Positions 25,738 through 35,746 of a stretch of DNA of 64,000 bases are shown in pieces. This stretch comes from Vicinamibacterales bacterium. GTDB lineage: Bacteria; Acidobacteriota; Vicinamibacteria; Vicinamibacterales; SCN-69-37. The notes under the pieces were generated by a model. The model was not told where the DNA came from. It saw only the letters and a list, made by a program, of their open reading frames with translations, and made no database searches. Within the stretch, counting starts at the first letter, position 1. Each line of letters starts with the position of its first letter. The stretch lies in the NCBI GenBank assembly GCA_038319675.1, contig JBBQDM010000018.1:17839-81838 (forward strand). Direction: 5' to 3'. A program made the translations under genes and the position numbers.

Positions 25738-26274
25738 ATGAGGCGCCGCACGATGACCGACGGAGAACGACGACTCGATGAGCTGGTGGACATGATCGTC
25801 CTCACGCACCACAACTATGCGCGACGGGCGATTCCCGACATTGTCGGACGCCTGGAGGTTCTGGTGGCGCTCACGGCCGGCGGACAGCCGGAGCTGGCGC
25901 TCATCCTTCAGACATTCGAACATCTCGCGGCTTCACTCGCACATCACCTCGACAAGGAGGAGCATCTAATCTTTCCCTACATCCGTGACCTGGCACGGGC
26001 GGACGCCGCGAAGGCGTCCTTGCCACCAGGGCCGTTCGGGACGATCGCCAACCCTCTCCGCCTGATGGAACACGAACACCGGGACGTGCTGCGGACACTC
26101 GACTGTCTTCGCGCCCTGACTCATCACTACCGGCAGCCGTCAGTCGACCTTCCCGGACTCGCCGACTGTTATCACGCGCTGCGCCGATTCGACGCCGATC
26201 TCCGGGCACACGTCCTCATCGAGGAACATGAGTTGTATCCCCTTGGCCTCGAACTTGAAGCCCGGCTGACGTAG
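25738..26274 (+). CDS. Hemerythrin/RIC-like di-iron protein lacking the N-terminal DFCCGG domain
   Basis: THHNY, HLDKEEHLIFP, PLRLMEHEH, HVLIEEHELYP. Confidence 0.8.
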   Translation: MRRRTMTDGERRLDELVDMIVLTHHNYARRAIPDIVGRLEVLVALTAGGQPELALILQTFEHLAASLAHHLDKEEHLIFPYIRDLARADAAKASLPPGPFGTIANPLRLMEHEHRDVLRTLDCLRALTHHYRQPSVDLPGLADCYHALRRFDADLRAHVLIEEHELYPLGLELEARLT

Positions 26275-26368
26275 AGTCCAGAGCACCGGGCTCAGGGTGC
26301 CATCCCCACGTGATCGAGAACAGCCCGTCAACGCTGTGATCGCCGCCAGATGCGATAGAGTGCTCGCG

Positions 26369-27064
26369 ATGCAACGCCCGGATCCGGACCTGCTCGCCAA
26401 GATTCCGGTCTTCCGGCGGGTCCTGCCGGACGACCTCGCGCGGATTGCCGCGGTCTCATACCTGCGCGACTACGACCGAGGCGACCCACTCTTTGACGAA
26501 GGCGACTCCTCAGACTTCTTCTACATTGTCGTCACCGGGCGCGTGAAGGTGTTCAAGCGGGCGCCGGACGGCCACGAACGTATCCTTGAAATTTTTGGCG
26601 CGGGTGGACTGGTCGGCGCCGTAGCCGCGTACGAGTCCCGGCCGTACCCGGCCGCCGCCACAGCCATCGAAGCGGCGAGTTGCCTGCTCACCCCGTCCCC
26701 CGACTTTTTCGCCCTTCTGGAATCCCAGCCGACCCTGGTGCGCGGCCTGCTGGGCAGTCTGTCGATCCGTCTGATGGAGTTGACGTCGAGACTCGCCGAA
26801 CTGACGGGAGGCCGCGTGGACACCCGGTTCGCCCGCCTCTTTCTGAAGCTGGCGGACCAGATGGGCCGGCCGGAGCGCGGCGGAATCTTCGTGCCGATGG
26901 TGCTGTCGCGCCAGGAGCTCGCGGACCTGACGGGTACCACCATCGAGACCTGCATCCGCATCATGAGCCGGTGGAACAAGGACAACGTCCTGCACACGGG
27001 GAAGGACGGCTTTGTGATTCTCGACCGGACCGCGCTCGAAGAACTCGCCGCCCACGGACACTGA
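26369..27064 (+). CDS. Crp/Fnr family transcriptional regulator (DNR/NnrR-like, no FNR Fe-S cysteine motif)
   Basis: cNMP-binding fold (LFDEGD, VTGRVKVFK, YPAAA) and HTH SRQELADLTGTTIETCIR. Confidence 0.92.
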   Translation: MQRPDPDLLAKIPVFRRVLPDDLARIAAVSYLRDYDRGDPLFDEGDSSDFFYIVVTGRVKVFKRAPDGHERILEIFGAGGLVGAVAAYESRPYPAAATAIEAASCLLTPSPDFFALLESQPTLVRGLLGSLSIRLMELTSRLAELTGGRVDTRFARLFLKLADQMGRPERGGIFVPMVLSRQELADLTGTTIETCIRIMSRWNKDNVLHTGKDGFVILDRTALEELAAHGH

Positions 27065-27071
27065 CGCGGCG

Positions 27072-27923
27072 TCAGAGATCCGCGCGGCGGACGCGCACGG
27101 CGGCGATCGCGAGCGGCAGCACAATCCAGGCGACGACCGAGGCCACAAGTGTCAACGCCGCCCCCGTCGTCCCGCCTGTCATCCGCAGGAACGCGAGGGA
27201 TGCCGCACCGAAGGCTGTCGTGCCTTCAACCGTGAGCAGCGTGCCCGTTCTGACAGCGTCAACCGGATTCATGATCGCGGCCACCATCAGGAGGCGGGAC
27301 GCGGCGCCCGATCGCAGCAGTGACGCCGCTCCGAGTGCCGCCACGTCGAACAACACGACCGCGGCGAACCAGATCACGAGCGCGACCGCGAGGTGGTGGG
27401 CGCGCTGCAGGCTCGTGGAGCCGGCCGTGATGGCAGCCGCGACGGCCAGAAAGACCACGGTCAACACACACGAGCCGACCACGACGCCGAGGTAGCCAAA
27501 CACGCCGTCACTGCCGGCACGCTGAAAGATCAGGAGCCCGGCGGCGCCGAAGCCGACCGCCTGCGCCGCGAGCAACGCCAGGCACAGTCCCGCGAGCTGG
27601 CCGAACAACACGACGGTGCGCGGCACCGGCTGCGAATACAGCAACTGCGCGGCCCCCGGCTCCGGCGTCAGCGCCATCACACCAAACACAAGCGCTGTGA
27701 GCGGCACCAACAGCAGCACCAATTCGACCAACGACGCCGCCGTTCGGGAAAAATCCTGCGTCCCGCTGCCGCCGCTCAACACATACCCGGACGTCGCCAC
27801 GGCGAACGCCAACGCGGCAAACACCACCGTGAATGTCTGCGTCCACCGCGAACGAATCGAGAGCCGCAATTCCTGCTGCGCGCACAACGTGAAGGCCATC
27901 ACCGGTCCTGCCTGCTTCGCCAC
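27072..27923 (-). CDS. nosY: NosY ABC permease
   Basis: ASLVELVLLLVPL, LLYSQPV, MNPVDAVR; last gene of the nos operon. Confidence 0.85.
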   Translation of the reverse strand: MAKQAGPVMAFTLCAQQELRLSIRSRWTQTFTVVFAALAFAVATSGYVLSGGSGTQDFSRTAASLVELVLLLVPLTALVFGVMALTPEPGAAQLLYSQPVPRTVVLFGQLAGLCLALLAAQAVGFGAAGLLIFQRAGSDGVFGYLGVVVGSCVLTVVFLAVAAAITAGSTSLQRAHHLAVALVIWFAAVVLFDVAALGAASLLRSGAASRLLMVAAIMNPVDAVRTGTLLTVEGTTAFGAASLAFLRMTGGTTGAALTLVASVVAWIVLPLAIAAVRVRRADL

Positions 27924-28375
27924 CGCGTCGGCACCACCGCGTCGATCGGCACGGACAGGGTGTCTGTCAGAGCGGTGTCAGCATCCCGTGATTCCGTCGT
28001 CGCGTGTGCCACCAGATGCGACGCCATGGGCGTGGCGAGCGCCAGCGCGCGGGTGTACACCGCCGCGTCGGCCCGCACCCACTCACGCGTTCGATGGTCC
28101 GTGACAAAGATGACGCCGCCCTCCGGCCCAGGCGTGGTGGACGTGAGATACGAATGCAGACATCCGAGGTCGTCGAAGAACGTCGGCAGTTCGCCAGACA
28201 CCAGCAGTTGCGACGCGAACTCCGGCTGCGACACGGTCATGCGGCAGAACGCGCAGGACTCCTGCCCCACTGCGAGCGGCGCCGGTTCGACATCGCCACG
28301 GCTGCACGCAGCACCCAGCACGACCACCCAGAGCACCAGCGCACCCGCGCACCCGCGCACCCGGCCACTATTCAT
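27899..28375 (-). CDS. nosL: NosL copper chaperone lipoprotein
   Basis: Lipobox LGAAC, CAFCRM, FDDLGCL, TPMASH. Confidence 0.88.
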   Translation of the reverse strand: MNSGRVRGCAGALVLWVVVLGAACSRGDVEPAPLAVGQESCAFCRMTVSQPEFASQLLVSGELPTFFDDLGCLHSYLTSTTPGPEGGVIFVTDHRTREWVRADAAVYTRALALATPMASHLVAHATTESRDADTALTDTLSVPIDAVVPTRWRSRQDR

Positions 28376-29270
28376 GCTGCCCCCCCACAAGTTCCCGATA
28401 GAACGCATCGAGCCGGCCTTCTTCTGCGGACCACCCGCGAATGGTCACGCCGTCATTCCGCAACGCATCAAGCACTGCCAGACGGACAGCAGCGGAGCCG
28501 GGCACGATGACCTGATCCGCCGAGGTCACGACGCCCGGTGCGAGCGCTCGCACTCGCGCCAGCACCTCATCGCTGATCGCACCGACAGTGACCTTCATCA
28601 CGCCACGATTGGCCAATTCAGTTGTCAGTTCACGTTCGGTGAACGACGCGACAAGCCGACCGCCCACCATGACGAGGAAGCGGTCGGCGAGGCGTTCGAC
28701 ATCACCCATCTGGTGCGAGCTGAAGAACACCGTCTGCCCTTCGCTGCGGCGCGCCTCGATGACCGCGTAGAACGCAGCCGTGCCGTCTGGATCGAGCGCA
28801 GCTGTCGGTTCGTCGAGCAGCAGGATTGGCGCCTGCGCGGCCATCGCCACGGCCAGGCCGAGCCGCTGCGTCATCCCGCCGGAGTACGTGCCGACCGTGC
28901 GGCGGCTCGAACCATTCAGGCCGGTGAGCACCAGCACGTCATGGAGACGGTCGGCACTGCGGCCCCGGAGCTTGCAATAGAACTCCGCCACTTCGCGGCC
29001 CGTCAGCGACTCGGGAAACGTCACACGCTGAGGCAGAAAGGAACAGACGTGCCGCGCGTCGGCCTCGAGTGACGACCGTCCCGGATTCCCGAGCAGCACC
29101 CGACCCGAGGTCGGACGGATGAGCCCGGCCGCCGCCTTGATGCTCGTCGTCTTGCCCGATCCGTTGGGCCCCAACAGCGCGACGACTTCTCCGGCCGCAA
29201 TAGTGACGCTGCAGTCGCACACCGCCTTGACCGCGCCGTAGGTCTTGGTGAACCCGTCGTAGGTGATCAT
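28368..29270 (-). CDS. nosF: NosF ABC ATPase
   Basis: GPNGSGKT, YSGGMTQR, LLDEPT; between nosD and nosL. Confidence 0.88.
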   Translation of the reverse strand: MITYDGFTKTYGAVKAVCDCSVTIAAGEVVALLGPNGSGKTTSIKAAAGLIRPTSGRVLLGNPGRSSLEADARHVCSFLPQRVTFPESLTGREVAEFYCKLRGRSADRLHDVLVLTGLNGSSRRTVGTYSGGMTQRLGLAVAMAAQAPILLLDEPTAALDPDGTAAFYAVIEARRSEGQTVFFSSHQMGDVERLADRFLVMVGGRLVASFTERELTTELANRGVMKVTVGAISDEVLARVRALAPGVVTSADQVIVPGSAAVRLAVLDALRNDGVTIRGWSAEEGRLDAFYRELVGGQHE

Positions 29271-30631
29271 CGGCGCCTCCCGGCGTGAAACACCGCCAGG
29301 CCTGCGATCACGCCAAGCGCCGAGAGCGCGAGTCCCGCCAGGGTCGTGGCCCGCTCGGGCGACGGCATCGACGGAATCGCGCCACGGTCGGGCGCGTGCC
29401 TGAGCGGACGGGCATCCACCACCTCAATCCGCCGGAGCACCGGAAACGTGGTCTCGGCTCTGGCCAACACCCGCGCGCCGATCCCCTGCGCGAACAGGTC
29501 GGCGGCCACCAGATTCCCACGCAGGTGATCGAATACGTTCGACAGGCGATAGGGCCGATCGCGGACGCCGTCGCCGTCCAGATCCGGCTCGTTGAATTCC
29601 GACCAGTAGTTGCCGTCGAAGACCGTATCGGTCCGGCGGCCGACCAGCAGCAACGGGGCCAGATTGCCGACAAACGTGTTGCCTTCGAACCGGCTCGTCT
29701 GCGACGACGCGTAGACGACGACGGCGACGTCGGAGGCGGCTACGAGGTTGCGGCGAAAGACATGCCGGACCGCGCCGTCGATGAACAATCCGCGCTCGTT
29801 ATCCGCCACCAGATTGTCTTCGGCGAGCACGTCTTCGCAGTCCTTGAGCAGCAGGCCGACGGACGCAAAGCCACGATTGTGCAGGAACCGGTTTCTCGCG
29901 AACGACACCCGGCGCGAGTACATCAGCGCGGCACCGGCCGCCCCGTGGGCAAAAGTGTTGTCCTCGAACCGGTTGTCGTTCGAGTTCATATAGTGCAGCC
30001 CGTATCGGACATCCCGGACATCGTTGCCCCTGATCACGCCGTGGTGGGACGACTGGATGTAGAAGCCGTCACGGGAAAACCGCACGCGGATGTTCTGCAG
30101 CGTGAAGCGCTGCGTGTTCCAGACGTGCACTCCTGAGCCTTGCTCGCCGGGCAGCCGCCCCTCGATCCCCGTGATTTCGCATCCCTCCACACGCGCATCG
30201 TCGGCCTCGCGCAGGTAGATGCCGAACAGGGACCGGACAATTGTGCAGTCACGGATCACGACATGTGTCGCCGCGACATGGATGCCGGACGTATCCCGCG
30301 CCAGGTTGCCACCCAGCCGGCCGTCGATGGCGAATCCTTCAATCGTCACGTGGTCCGCCCGGACCCGAATCACGCTGCCATTCCCCGAACCGACCAGCCG
30401 CGGGCGGCCATGGCCGACGAGGTGCACGGACGTGTGGATGAACAGATCACCCGTGTAGGTGCCGGCCTCCACATCGATGCGATCGCCGGGCCGCGCTGCG
30501 TCGATTCTGGCCTGCAGCGGCGACCGGTCGGACGGGGGCGGGTGCCCCTCCAGCGTGCCGACCGTGACGACCATGTCCGGGACGGTCGGCTGCTGGATCG
30601 CCAGCGCCACCACCAGAAGCAGGGTCGTCAT
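29267..30631 (-). CDS. nosD: NosD periplasmic beta-helix maturation protein
   Basis: RYGLHYMNS, GAALMYS, GNYWS..DLDGDGVRDRPY; signal peptide from ATG 30631. Confidence 0.92.
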   Translation of the reverse strand: MTTLLLVVALAIQQPTVPDMVVTVGTLEGHPPPSDRSPLQARIDAARPGDRIDVEAGTYTGDLFIHTSVHLVGHGRPRLVGSGNGSVIRVRADHVTIEGFAIDGRLGGNLARDTSGIHVAATHVVIRDCTIVRSLFGIYLREADDARVEGCEITGIEGRLPGEQGSGVHVWNTQRFTLQNIRVRFSRDGFYIQSSHHGVIRGNDVRDVRYGLHYMNSNDNRFEDNTFAHGAAGAALMYSRRVSFARNRFLHNRGFASVGLLLKDCEDVLAEDNLVADNERGLFIDGAVRHVFRRNLVAASDVAVVVYASSQTSRFEGNTFVGNLAPLLLVGRRTDTVFDGNYWSEFNEPDLDGDGVRDRPYRLSNVFDHLRGNLVAADLFAQGIGARVLARAETTFPVLRRIEVVDARPLRHAPDRGAIPSMPSPERATTLAGLALSALGVIAGLAVFHAGRRR

Positions 30632-31266
30632 GTCACTGACTCGGACCCGGACTCGGGCTGGCTGCGCCACGCCAGCACCAGCGCGACAAGCACCAGCAGC
30701 CCGGCACCGGCCATCAAATACGTGCCCATCTGCGGATACGAATACACGTCGAAGTTCGCGATCGCCTTGTGCCCGAACATCGGGGGCGTGAAGCCCGGTA
30801 CTTTCACCGCGGCCGTCGGTGCGAGGTCATGGCCGTACCGATACAGTTTGTAGCCGAACGACCACATCGAGAAGCCGCCGAAGTAGAAGAACATCACCGC
30901 ACCGTCCACGAACTCCTTCATCGTGCCGAACACCACCGCGCGCAGAAACAGCAGCGCCAGTCCGCCGATCGCAAATGGCATCCACTTGAACTCGGTGAAG
31001 TCCTCGACGGCCAGGTCACGCATGCCGATGTAGTGGTTGAGGAGGTTGATCTCCTTCAGGTCCTGCCCGTTGTTGCCCCCCACGAGAGCGTCGGCGTAGA
31101 TGTCGAGCCGCAGCGCATCCGGATACTGCGGCGCGAACATCGTCAAATTCCAGAGCGGAAACATCAAGGCGACAACGACGAACACGGCCGCGAGCAGGAA
31201 GCAGGCGCGCGGCGCCGCGCCGACGGGTTGATGGAGACGACGGGCGGTGCGTTCAAGGTGGGTCAT
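30628..31266 (-). CDS. NosB-like membrane protein typical of clade II nos clusters
   Basis: PLWNLTMFAPQYP, INLLNHYIGM, YRYGHDL, PPMFGHK; four TM segments; follows nosZ. Confidence 0.75.
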   Translation of the reverse strand: MTHLERTARRLHQPVGAAPRACFLLAAVFVVVALMFPLWNLTMFAPQYPDALRLDIYADALVGGNNGQDLKEINLLNHYIGMRDLAVEDFTEFKWMPFAIGGLALLFLRAVVFGTMKEFVDGAVMFFYFGGFSMWSFGYKLYRYGHDLAPTAAVKVPGFTPPMFGHKAIANFDVYSYPQMGTYLMAGAGLLVLVALVLAWRSQPESGSESVT

Positions 31267-31278
31267 GGTTCACCCAAC

Positions 31279-31317
31279 GAGCTCGGAGGCGATTGTCACA
31301 CAATCGCCTCCGAGCTC
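31279..31317 (-). terminator. Perfect 18-bp stem-loop immediately after nosZ (partial terminator or mRNA stabiliser)
   Basis: GAGCTCGGAGGCGATTGT-CAC-ACAATCGCCTCCGAGCTC; no U-tract on the minus strand. Confidence 0.7.
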
Positions 31318-31322
31318 ATTTG

Positions 31323-33197
31323 TTAACGAGGTTTCACGATCAGGTAGCTCTGCATCTCCTGATGGAGGGCCGAGCAGAAGTTCGTGCAGTAGTACGGGAA
31401 CACGCCCCGTTTCGCCGTGAAGGTCACGGTCTTGGTTTCACCCGGGTCGACCACGATGTTGATGTTGTAGTCGAGCAGGCCGAACCCGTGCAGTTCATCC
31501 GTGGTCTGTTCAATGTTGGTGATCGCCACCGTCACGATGTCCCCTTCCTGAAGCTCGAAGTTCATGGGTGTGAACGTCGACCGGACGGCCACCATCTTGA
31601 CAGTGACACGGTTGCCCTGGCGGGTGACGCCGGCATCGGCCACATCCCAGATCGCCAGCGGATGTTTGTTCTCCTCCTTCGGGTACACCTCAATCGGTTT
31701 GAGCTTGTCGGCCTTGATGATCTGCGCGTAGTGCGGCTCCGGTTCCGTAAAGGCGTCGTACAGCAGCTTCATCTTTTCCTCGCCGATGTCGATCAACTGC
31801 ATGGACTCTGGTTGCGACGGACCAACACTCAGATGCCGTCCGTGGGACAGCTTGTTCAACGACACCAGGTACCCGCCATCCGGGCTTACCGTGTCGCCCT
31901 CCGCCGTTGACAGGTGGCCCACCGCGTAGGACACCGGCACCTTGTCGATGACCTTCCACTCGCCGATACGCCACGATGCGATCGCGCTGTCAACAAAAAG
32001 CGACGTGTAGGCCATACCGTCCGGCCCGAACTGCGTGTGGAGCGGCCCGAGGCCGACCTCGACTTCAGCGTCCATGATCGATTCGTATTTGAGGACCGGG
32101 ATGCCGTCTTCCTCACCCTCGAAGTCCTTGTTGCGGATGGCCGTCTGCACCTTCTCGAAGTTGAAGGCCGTGGTGACGCCCTGCAGCTTGCCTGATCCGA
32201 TGATGTACTTGCCGTCAGGAGAGACGTCGACGCCATGGGGCGACTTGCCGCACGGCATCAGATACACGAGACCGGGGATCTTCTTCGGATCGAGCACGCG
32301 GACGCCTCCGATCATGTCGCCCTGGCCGGCCGCCGCGGCCTTGGCCGCCGCGCGCCAGTCCACCGCAGCGATGTAGTCACGGTCGCGCTGGCTGGCGGTG
32401 ACCTCGAGATTGCCGATCGCCCGTTCCGCGTTGTAGGCCGTCAGGAACATCCAGCCATCGGACGCCAGTTTGCCGGCGTCGCCGATGTCGTAATCGAAAG
32501 GCGGCATCAGGATCTGGAAGCCCATGTCCATGGTGCCGGTCTTTGGATCGACGGCCAGCGCGCCAATCACGCCCTTGTAGTCGCTGGCGTATTTATCGAT
32601 GGGCACGTAGGAGCCCTTCGGAATCGGAATCGAAAACCGCGAGGCATACATCACGTACTCGCTGTTGGGCGTGATGAACGACGACCCGTGGTTGCCTGAC
32701 ACGTTCGGGATCGGCCCGTAGATCTGCTTCGTCTTGAAGTCGCGCAGGTCAATCCGGGCCACCCGTCCGTTCATCTCGTTGATGAACAGCCAGCGGCCGT
32801 CATAGTCACCGTTGGTCTCCGACAGCGCGGGGTGGTGCGCATCACCCCAGGTCAGACCGCCGAGCATCTCCTTCGACTCGTCGTCGAACCCGTACCCGGT
32901 CGCGGGGTACGGCGTGAAGACGGGAATGGTCGACAAGTGGCGCATCGACGGCGCGCCGTAGACGTAGACGTTGCCGGAATGCCCCCCCGACGCAAAGAGG
33001 TAGTACTCGTCCAGGTCTCCTGGCGCGACGTACGTCTTCTGCGCCGCGATGGCGATGTCGGACGAACCCGCCGCCGACCGGCGGCCCGTGTCCGGCGTGC
33101 TCGGGGCACATGCGCTGTAGGCAATCATCAGGAAGGCGCCGGCGCCCAGCGCCAGTCCCTTGCCTGCTCGTGTCAGTGAACTCCTGCTCATGGTCAT
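31323..33197 (-). CDS. nosZ: Nitrous-oxide reductase, clade II (Sec-type signal)
   Basis: CuZ histidines in DAHH, GNHG, SPHG, PLHT, VGHL, EPHY; CuA HGF...CTNFCSALHQEM; no twin-arginine; lipobox-like YSAC. Confidence 0.97.
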   Translation of the reverse strand: MTMSRSSLTRAGKGLALGAGAFLMIAYSACAPSTPDTGRRSAAGSSDIAIAAQKTYVAPGDLDEYYLFASGGHSGNVYVYGAPSMRHLSTIPVFTPYPATGYGFDDESKEMLGGLTWGDAHHPALSETNGDYDGRWLFINEMNGRVARIDLRDFKTKQIYGPIPNVSGNHGSSFITPNSEYVMYASRFSIPIPKGSYVPIDKYASDYKGVIGALAVDPKTGTMDMGFQILMPPFDYDIGDAGKLASDGWMFLTAYNAERAIGNLEVTASQRDRDYIAAVDWRAAAKAAAAGQGDMIGGVRVLDPKKIPGLVYLMPCGKSPHGVDVSPDGKYIIGSGKLQGVTTAFNFEKVQTAIRNKDFEGEEDGIPVLKYESIMDAEVEVGLGPLHTQFGPDGMAYTSLFVDSAIASWRIGEWKVIDKVPVSYAVGHLSTAEGDTVSPDGGYLVSLNKLSHGRHLSVGPSQPESMQLIDIGEEKMKLLYDAFTEPEPHYAQIIKADKLKPIEVYPKEENKHPLAIWDVADAGVTRQGNRVTVKMVAVRSTFTPMNFELQEGDIVTVAITNIEQTTDELHGFGLLDYNINIVVDPGETKTVTFTAKRGVFPYYCTNFCSALHQEMQSYLIVKPR

Positions 33198-34405
33198 CGC
33201 TCCTTCTCCGCCTGCTGCTTCAAATAGATCTCGAACGCTTCACGCAATTTCTGCACCGCGATGGCTTTTTGTTCGTCGGTGAGAATGATCTGGCGCGACA
33301 ACACCACCGACATCGTGCCGGTCGGCTCGCGCAGGAAGTCGTCGATGGTGCGACCGAACCGCGACTGCACGTCCTCAACCGCGTTCGACAGGTCGGGACC
33401 GATCTGGGCCGGGGCCCTCACGCCGTAGACCTGGATCGAGTGGCACGTCGCGCAGCCGGTTTCCACGAACCACGCACCAGGACCGGTGCGCATCCGTTCC
33501 TCCTCAGCCGCCTGCTCTGGCGTCGGCACGTCGGTGCGCGGCGCGCCCGCCAGATAGGCGGCGGGAATGTGCGACGGCTTCCACGACAACACCAGCATGG
33601 CCAGCGCCTGCGCCTGTTCGGTGTTGAACCCGAAGGTCGGCATGGTCGAGTCGGTGGACACTTCCTTGGGGTTCTTGAAGTGCGCGACATGCCACGCGAA
33701 CGCAGTCTTCTGGCCGGAGAGCCGCGAATAGTCGTACTGCTCGGGCGCCTTTTCGCCGACGCGTGTCAGGTCGGGTCCGATCCGGCCCCCCCGGTTGTTG
33801 ATTACGTGACAGGCGCGGCATCCCTTCTCGTCCACCAACCGCTTGGCGAGGTTGATCGCGTCGGCGCCCCTGGTCTCGCGGTCATACCGATGACAGCTGT
33901 TGCAGTTCATCTGGATGAGCGCGCCCTTGTTGCCTGAAAGGGAGTAATCCTCACCCAGCGCGCGACTGAGCAGCGGCTCCTCCCAATGCGCAATCTCGCC
34001 GTGCGCTTCGAGCACGTCCACCGCCCACCCCTGGCCGCCGTGGCACGCCGTGCACCCGAACTTCTCGATCGGATGTCCCTTCAACGGCTCAAGTGGATGC
34101 GTGCGGAAGGGTTCCTCGCCGTTCTCGAACCCCTTCCACGACACCGCCTGGTGGCAGGTGATGCACCGGTCGGCACGGCCAAGATCCGCCACCCAGATCT
34201 GCTGCAGGCCCGTCGTCACCGCGGCGGCGCGTTCTTCCCCGAACTTCTGCGCGACCTCGGTCTTGAAGGCCGCCTGGTAATACCGCCAGTCGTGATCCCG
34301 ATCGCTCGCGAAGAACAGGACACACGACAACACCAGGAACACGCCGATGATGGCCAGCGTGGGACGGTCGATGCGGGGGTAGGGAGAATTCGTGCGTTGT
34401 TCCAT
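33194..34405 (-). CDS. Membrane-anchored pentaheme cytochrome c
   Basis: Five CxxCH (CITCH, CTACH, CNSCH, CRACH, CATCH); N-terminal TM; ATGA overlap with nosZ. Confidence 0.9.
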   Translation of the reverse strand: MEQRTNSPYPRIDRPTLAIIGVFLVLSCVLFFASDRDHDWRYYQAAFKTEVAQKFGEERAAAVTTGLQQIWVADLGRADRCITCHQAVSWKGFENGEEPFRTHPLEPLKGHPIEKFGCTACHGGQGWAVDVLEAHGEIAHWEEPLLSRALGEDYSLSGNKGALIQMNCNSCHRYDRETRGADAINLAKRLVDEKGCRACHVINNRGGRIGPDLTRVGEKAPEQYDYSRLSGQKTAFAWHVAHFKNPKEVSTDSTMPTFGFNTEQAQALAMLVLSWKPSHIPAAYLAGAPRTDVPTPEQAAEEERMRTGPGAWFVETGCATCHSIQVYGVRAPAQIGPDLSNAVEDVQSRFGRTIDDFLREPTGTMSVVLSRQIILTDEQKAIAVQKLREAFEIYLKQQAEKER

Positions 34406-34408
34406 GGC

Positions 34409-35743
34409 TCAAATCCTCGATGGCAGGCTCGGCCAGGTTTCCCACGGCCAGAAGAACTCCCAGTACGGCCCGCGCATCTCCATGCCGATGTAGGTCAGCA
34501 ACAGAATCGCGACCATCACCACAATGAACACGATGTTCTGGGTGCGGCGCGCGGGCGAGAACCACTCGCCCGCGGCCTGCCGCGGGCTGCGATCGAGCCA
34601 CGGCCACACGGTCAGCACGCCAATGAGCACCCCCGGCAGAATCACGCCGCCAATAAACGCCCCGTTGATGGTGAAGCTGCCGAGGTGAATCGTCGTGTCG
34701 GTGACGATTTCCTGCAGCCAGAGGAAGTACCAAGGCGCCTTGGCCGGATTCGGCGTGATGAGCGGGTTCGCCGGTTCCTCGAGCGGAGACGCAATGAACA
34801 CCGACAGAATGCTGATCACTGCGATGGTGCCAAGCGTGGCGATCATCGCCCGCCGGGCCAGATCGGGCACGGCATTCACCGTCGTATTGGCAGCCGTGAG
34901 CGTCTTCGCCGTCACGGTCGGCGCGGTGCCTCGCGCGACCCCGAGCAGCGTGTACGTCTTGGTCGGTGTCGGCGCCACGTCCCGCGGCGTCTCCAGCAGT
35001 TCCTCGCGATCGGCGCGCGCCAGGCCGCCGTCCTTCCGCACCCGCCACATGTGATACCCGAACAGCGCGGCCACGGCGCCGGGCAACACGACAATGTGCA
35101 GGACGTAGAACCGGATCAGCGTCGCCTGTTCGATCTCCCGGCCGCCGATCAGCAGTTCGCGCACCGACGGCCCGACCCAGGGGATCGCCGACGCGATGTT
35201 GGTGCCGACCGTCACGGCCCAGAACGCCAGCTGGTCCCACGGCAGCAGATACCCCGTGAACGACAGGAACAGCGTCAGCAGCAGCAGCACGACGCCGATC
35301 ACCCAGTTCCACTCCCGGTGCTGGTTACGGCCGACGCCATTTTTGTACGCGCCGGTGAAGAACACACGCGCCAGATGCAACACGACCGTGATGACCATCC
35401 CGTGTGCCGCCACACGGTGCACGGAGCGCAGCCATCGGCCGTACGAGACCACGTACTCGATGTCCTTGACGGACTGATACGCCCGTTCCACCGACGGCAC
35501 ATAAAGGAACAGCAACGGCAGACCCGACAACACCAGCAGCAGAAACAATGCCGCGGTGATCGTGCCGAGCCAGAAGGAATACGTCCACGCCATCGAAGCC
35601 TTCGAGACCTTCGCCGGCATGGCGTGCAGGAGGAAGTTCGACGTGATCGCGTCACCCGCGTCGCGGTCGGAGCGGGGACGGAGGCTCCAGAACCGGCGGG
35701 GCCGCACACCGGGCGCTTCAGGATGCTGCTGAGCCATGGCCAT
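34409..35743 (-). CDS. Cytochrome b of a Rieske/cyt b complex (b6-like domain fused to subunit-IV-like domain)
   Basis: RSVHRVAAHGMVITVVLHLARVFFTGAY, FTGYLLPWDQLAFWA, FYVLH...YHM, PAKAPWYF in place of PEWY. Confidence 0.93.
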   Translation of the reverse strand: MAMAQQHPEAPGVRPRRFWSLRPRSDRDAGDAITSNFLLHAMPAKVSKASMAWTYSFWLGTITAALFLLLVLSGLPLLFLYVPSVERAYQSVKDIEYVVSYGRWLRSVHRVAAHGMVITVVLHLARVFFTGAYKNGVGRNQHREWNWVIGVVLLLLTLFLSFTGYLLPWDQLAFWAVTVGTNIASAIPWVGPSVRELLIGGREIEQATLIRFYVLHIVVLPGAVAALFGYHMWRVRKDGGLARADREELLETPRDVAPTPTKTYTLLGVARGTAPTVTAKTLTAANTTVNAVPDLARRAMIATLGTIAVISILSVFIASPLEEPANPLITPNPAKAPWYFLWLQEIVTDTTIHLGSFTINGAFIGGVILPGVLIGVLTVWPWLDRSPRQAAGEWFSPARRTQNIVFIVVMVAILLLTYIGMEMRGPYWEFFWPWETWPSLPSRI

Positions 35744-35746
35744 GTC

